DNA of 52,545 nucleotides from a virus: IMG/VR virus record IMGVR_UViG_3300010163_000045, positions 1 to 52,545 of that record; one strand, 5' to 3'. Shown piece by piece: positions 51,409 to 52,545 of this stretch (position 1 is its first letter; each line of letters starts with the position of its first letter). The notes under the pieces were generated by a model. It saw only the letters and a program-made list of their open reading frames with translations, ran no database searches and was not told where the DNA came from. The position numbers and the translations under genes were made by a program.

Positions 51409-51702
51409 ATGGCAAAGGTATGGAGCGAGCAGGAAGTCAAGGAGTTAATTCAGACCAACGATAAGGTACTATATGGAGCATTAAAGAAGTTATATGCAGA
51501 GCAGACCAAAGACGAACAGAGAGTTGGAGAAACCACAGAGCATAATGGAGTAGGGTTCAACGGAGCAGACAGCAAGTTCCTCAGTAGTGTATCCGAATTT
51601 CTATTCAAGAGAGGTTTCCTTACAGACAAACAAAAGGCATGCGTAAGAAAGAGGCTGATGAAGTACAACAAGCAATTGACCAAGTTGGCCAACGCATCGT
51701 AA
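51409..51702 (+). CDS. Hypothetical protein
   Basis: 97 aa with SD AAGGAGG. Confidence 0.55.
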   Translation: MAKVWSEQEVKELIQTNDKVLYGALKKLYAEQTKDEQRVGETTEHNGVGFNGADSKFLSSVSEFLFKRGFLTDKQKACVRKRLMKYNKQLTKLANAS

Positions 51703-51841
51703 AAGGATATGAACGAACATTTCCAGTGTTAAGAATAACAAGTCTGGCATCAACCAATGGGTGCTGGACTTTGTTGCGTTTAGGCATCAGTATTCAGTGA
51801 AAGGTAGGTGGAGGACAATTGGAGAAAGAGAGGTAACATGT

Positions 51842-52545
51842 ATGGCAGCAATCCAAGAGTGGTTGGAGCCTGATGGACTGCTTCTGCTTGAGAGTTGGGC
51901 GAGAGATGGTATGACGGTTGAGCAAGTTGCTGCCAAAGTAGGTATCCACCCATCAACACTGAGAGGCTGGATGGCAAAATATCCAGAAATCAAGAAGGCA
52001 GTCAATAATGGTCGTGAGTTGGTCGATTACAAAGTAGAGAATGCTTTACTGAAGTCGGCTTTAGGATACAAGACCAAAGAGGTGAAAGTAATCACAACAA
52101 TCAGAAATGGCAAGATAGTCAAAGAAGAGAAAGAGGTTCTGGACAAAGAGTTCGCTCCCAGTGTTGGAGCCATCCAGACGTGGCTTTACAATCGTAGGCC
52201 AGATAAATGGAAACCAGCAAATACAAGGAACAGTATTCTGGATAATCTGGACGAGGATACAAGTATCAAGATAGTAGTCGAGAGAGCTACTGGTTCAGAA
52301 ATTCAGGACGGAGCCTTTGTTGGTGGTTCAAGTACTTTTGAAGAGGCAGATACAGATTGGCAGAACGATGTCAACAAACAAGTAACGGTCAGAGGAATGT
52401 CCGAAAAGGAGAAAGCAGAGCAGAGAGAAAAGGAAAAAAAATCTCGTCAGCAACAGCAATATGATTCTGAGGACGAAGAGGATGATTGGTTAGACGACGT
52501 TGATGCTCCAGAAGATGAATACGAGGACGACTCGGACTGGGGTGA
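51842..52545 (+). CDS. terS: Small terminase subunit, 5' part (runs off the window and continues at 116..134 of the circle)
   Basis: From ATG 51842: MAAIQEWLEPDGLLLLESWARDGMTVEQVAAKVGIHPSTLRGWMAKYPE (HTH), then QTWLYNRRPDKWK and an acidic tail. Not in the ORF track because no stop lies inside the window. Confidence 0.8.
   Translation, partial: MAAIQEWLEPDGLLLLESWARDGMTVEQVAAKVGIHPSTLRGWMAKYPEIKKAVNNGRELVDYKVENALLKSALGYKTKEVKVITTIRNGKIVKEEKEVLDKEFAPSVGAIQTWLYNRRPDKWKPANTRNSILDNLDEDTSIKIVVERATGSEIQDGAFVGGSSTFEEADTDWQNDVNKQVTVRGMSEKEKAEQREKEKKSRQQQQYDSEDEEDDWLDDVDAPEDEYEDDSDWG
52431..52545. repeat. Terminal direct repeat, copy 2 (identical to 1..115)
   Basis: Read directly from the sequence. 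Confidence 0.95.

Overview
The window is a complete tailed dsDNA phage genome with siphovirus-type gene order. It closes on itself: bases 1-115 recur verbatim at 52431-52545, so the unit genome is 52,430 bp and the small-terminase gene spans the window junction. Every convincing gene is on the + strand. I saw no integrase, repressor, tRNA or CRISPR array. Late block (51842 -> wrap -> 26637): terS, terL, then a holin and a multidomain endolysin, unusually placed between terL and portal. Next come portal, an SPP1-gp7-type head morphogenesis protein and an R-S-E ADP-ribosyltransferase in an overlapping +1 frame. A promoter-driven insert follows, carrying an ADP-ribosylglycohydrolase and Zn-ribbon proteins. 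The block continues with scaffold, decoration-like protein, lambda-E-type major capsid protein, connectors, major tail protein, a chaperone pair, a 1284-aa tape measure, Dit, hub and two fibre proteins. It ends with a diversity-generating retroelement (VR/TR/RT) acting on the distal fibre gene, an XhlA-like protein and a terminator. Early/middle block (26715-51700) has ten further copies of one sigma70-type promoter family and a candidate type I hammerhead ribozyme in a 5' UTR. It encodes primase, a gp32-like SSB, a DnaE-type polymerase and a 7-deazaguanine-type module (QueD-like/MazG, DpdA-like, QueF-like, YhhQ transporter). It also encodes a RecA-like protein, a Cas4-like nuclease, ThyX (interrupted at a G8 run), a RuvC-like resolvase, an AAA ATPase, RNase H and many small Zn-ribbon, HeH-domain and acidic-tail proteins. 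The most notable points are: the DGR; the hammerhead candidate; the ADP-ribosyltransferase/glycohydrolase pair inside the head module; three candidate +1 recoding sites; the salvage-type deazaguanine module; and a recurrent acidic D/E-W-G-D-D/E peptide shared by SSB, RecA-like, TerS and another protein. All functional calls come from motif recognition by eye. No database search was run.
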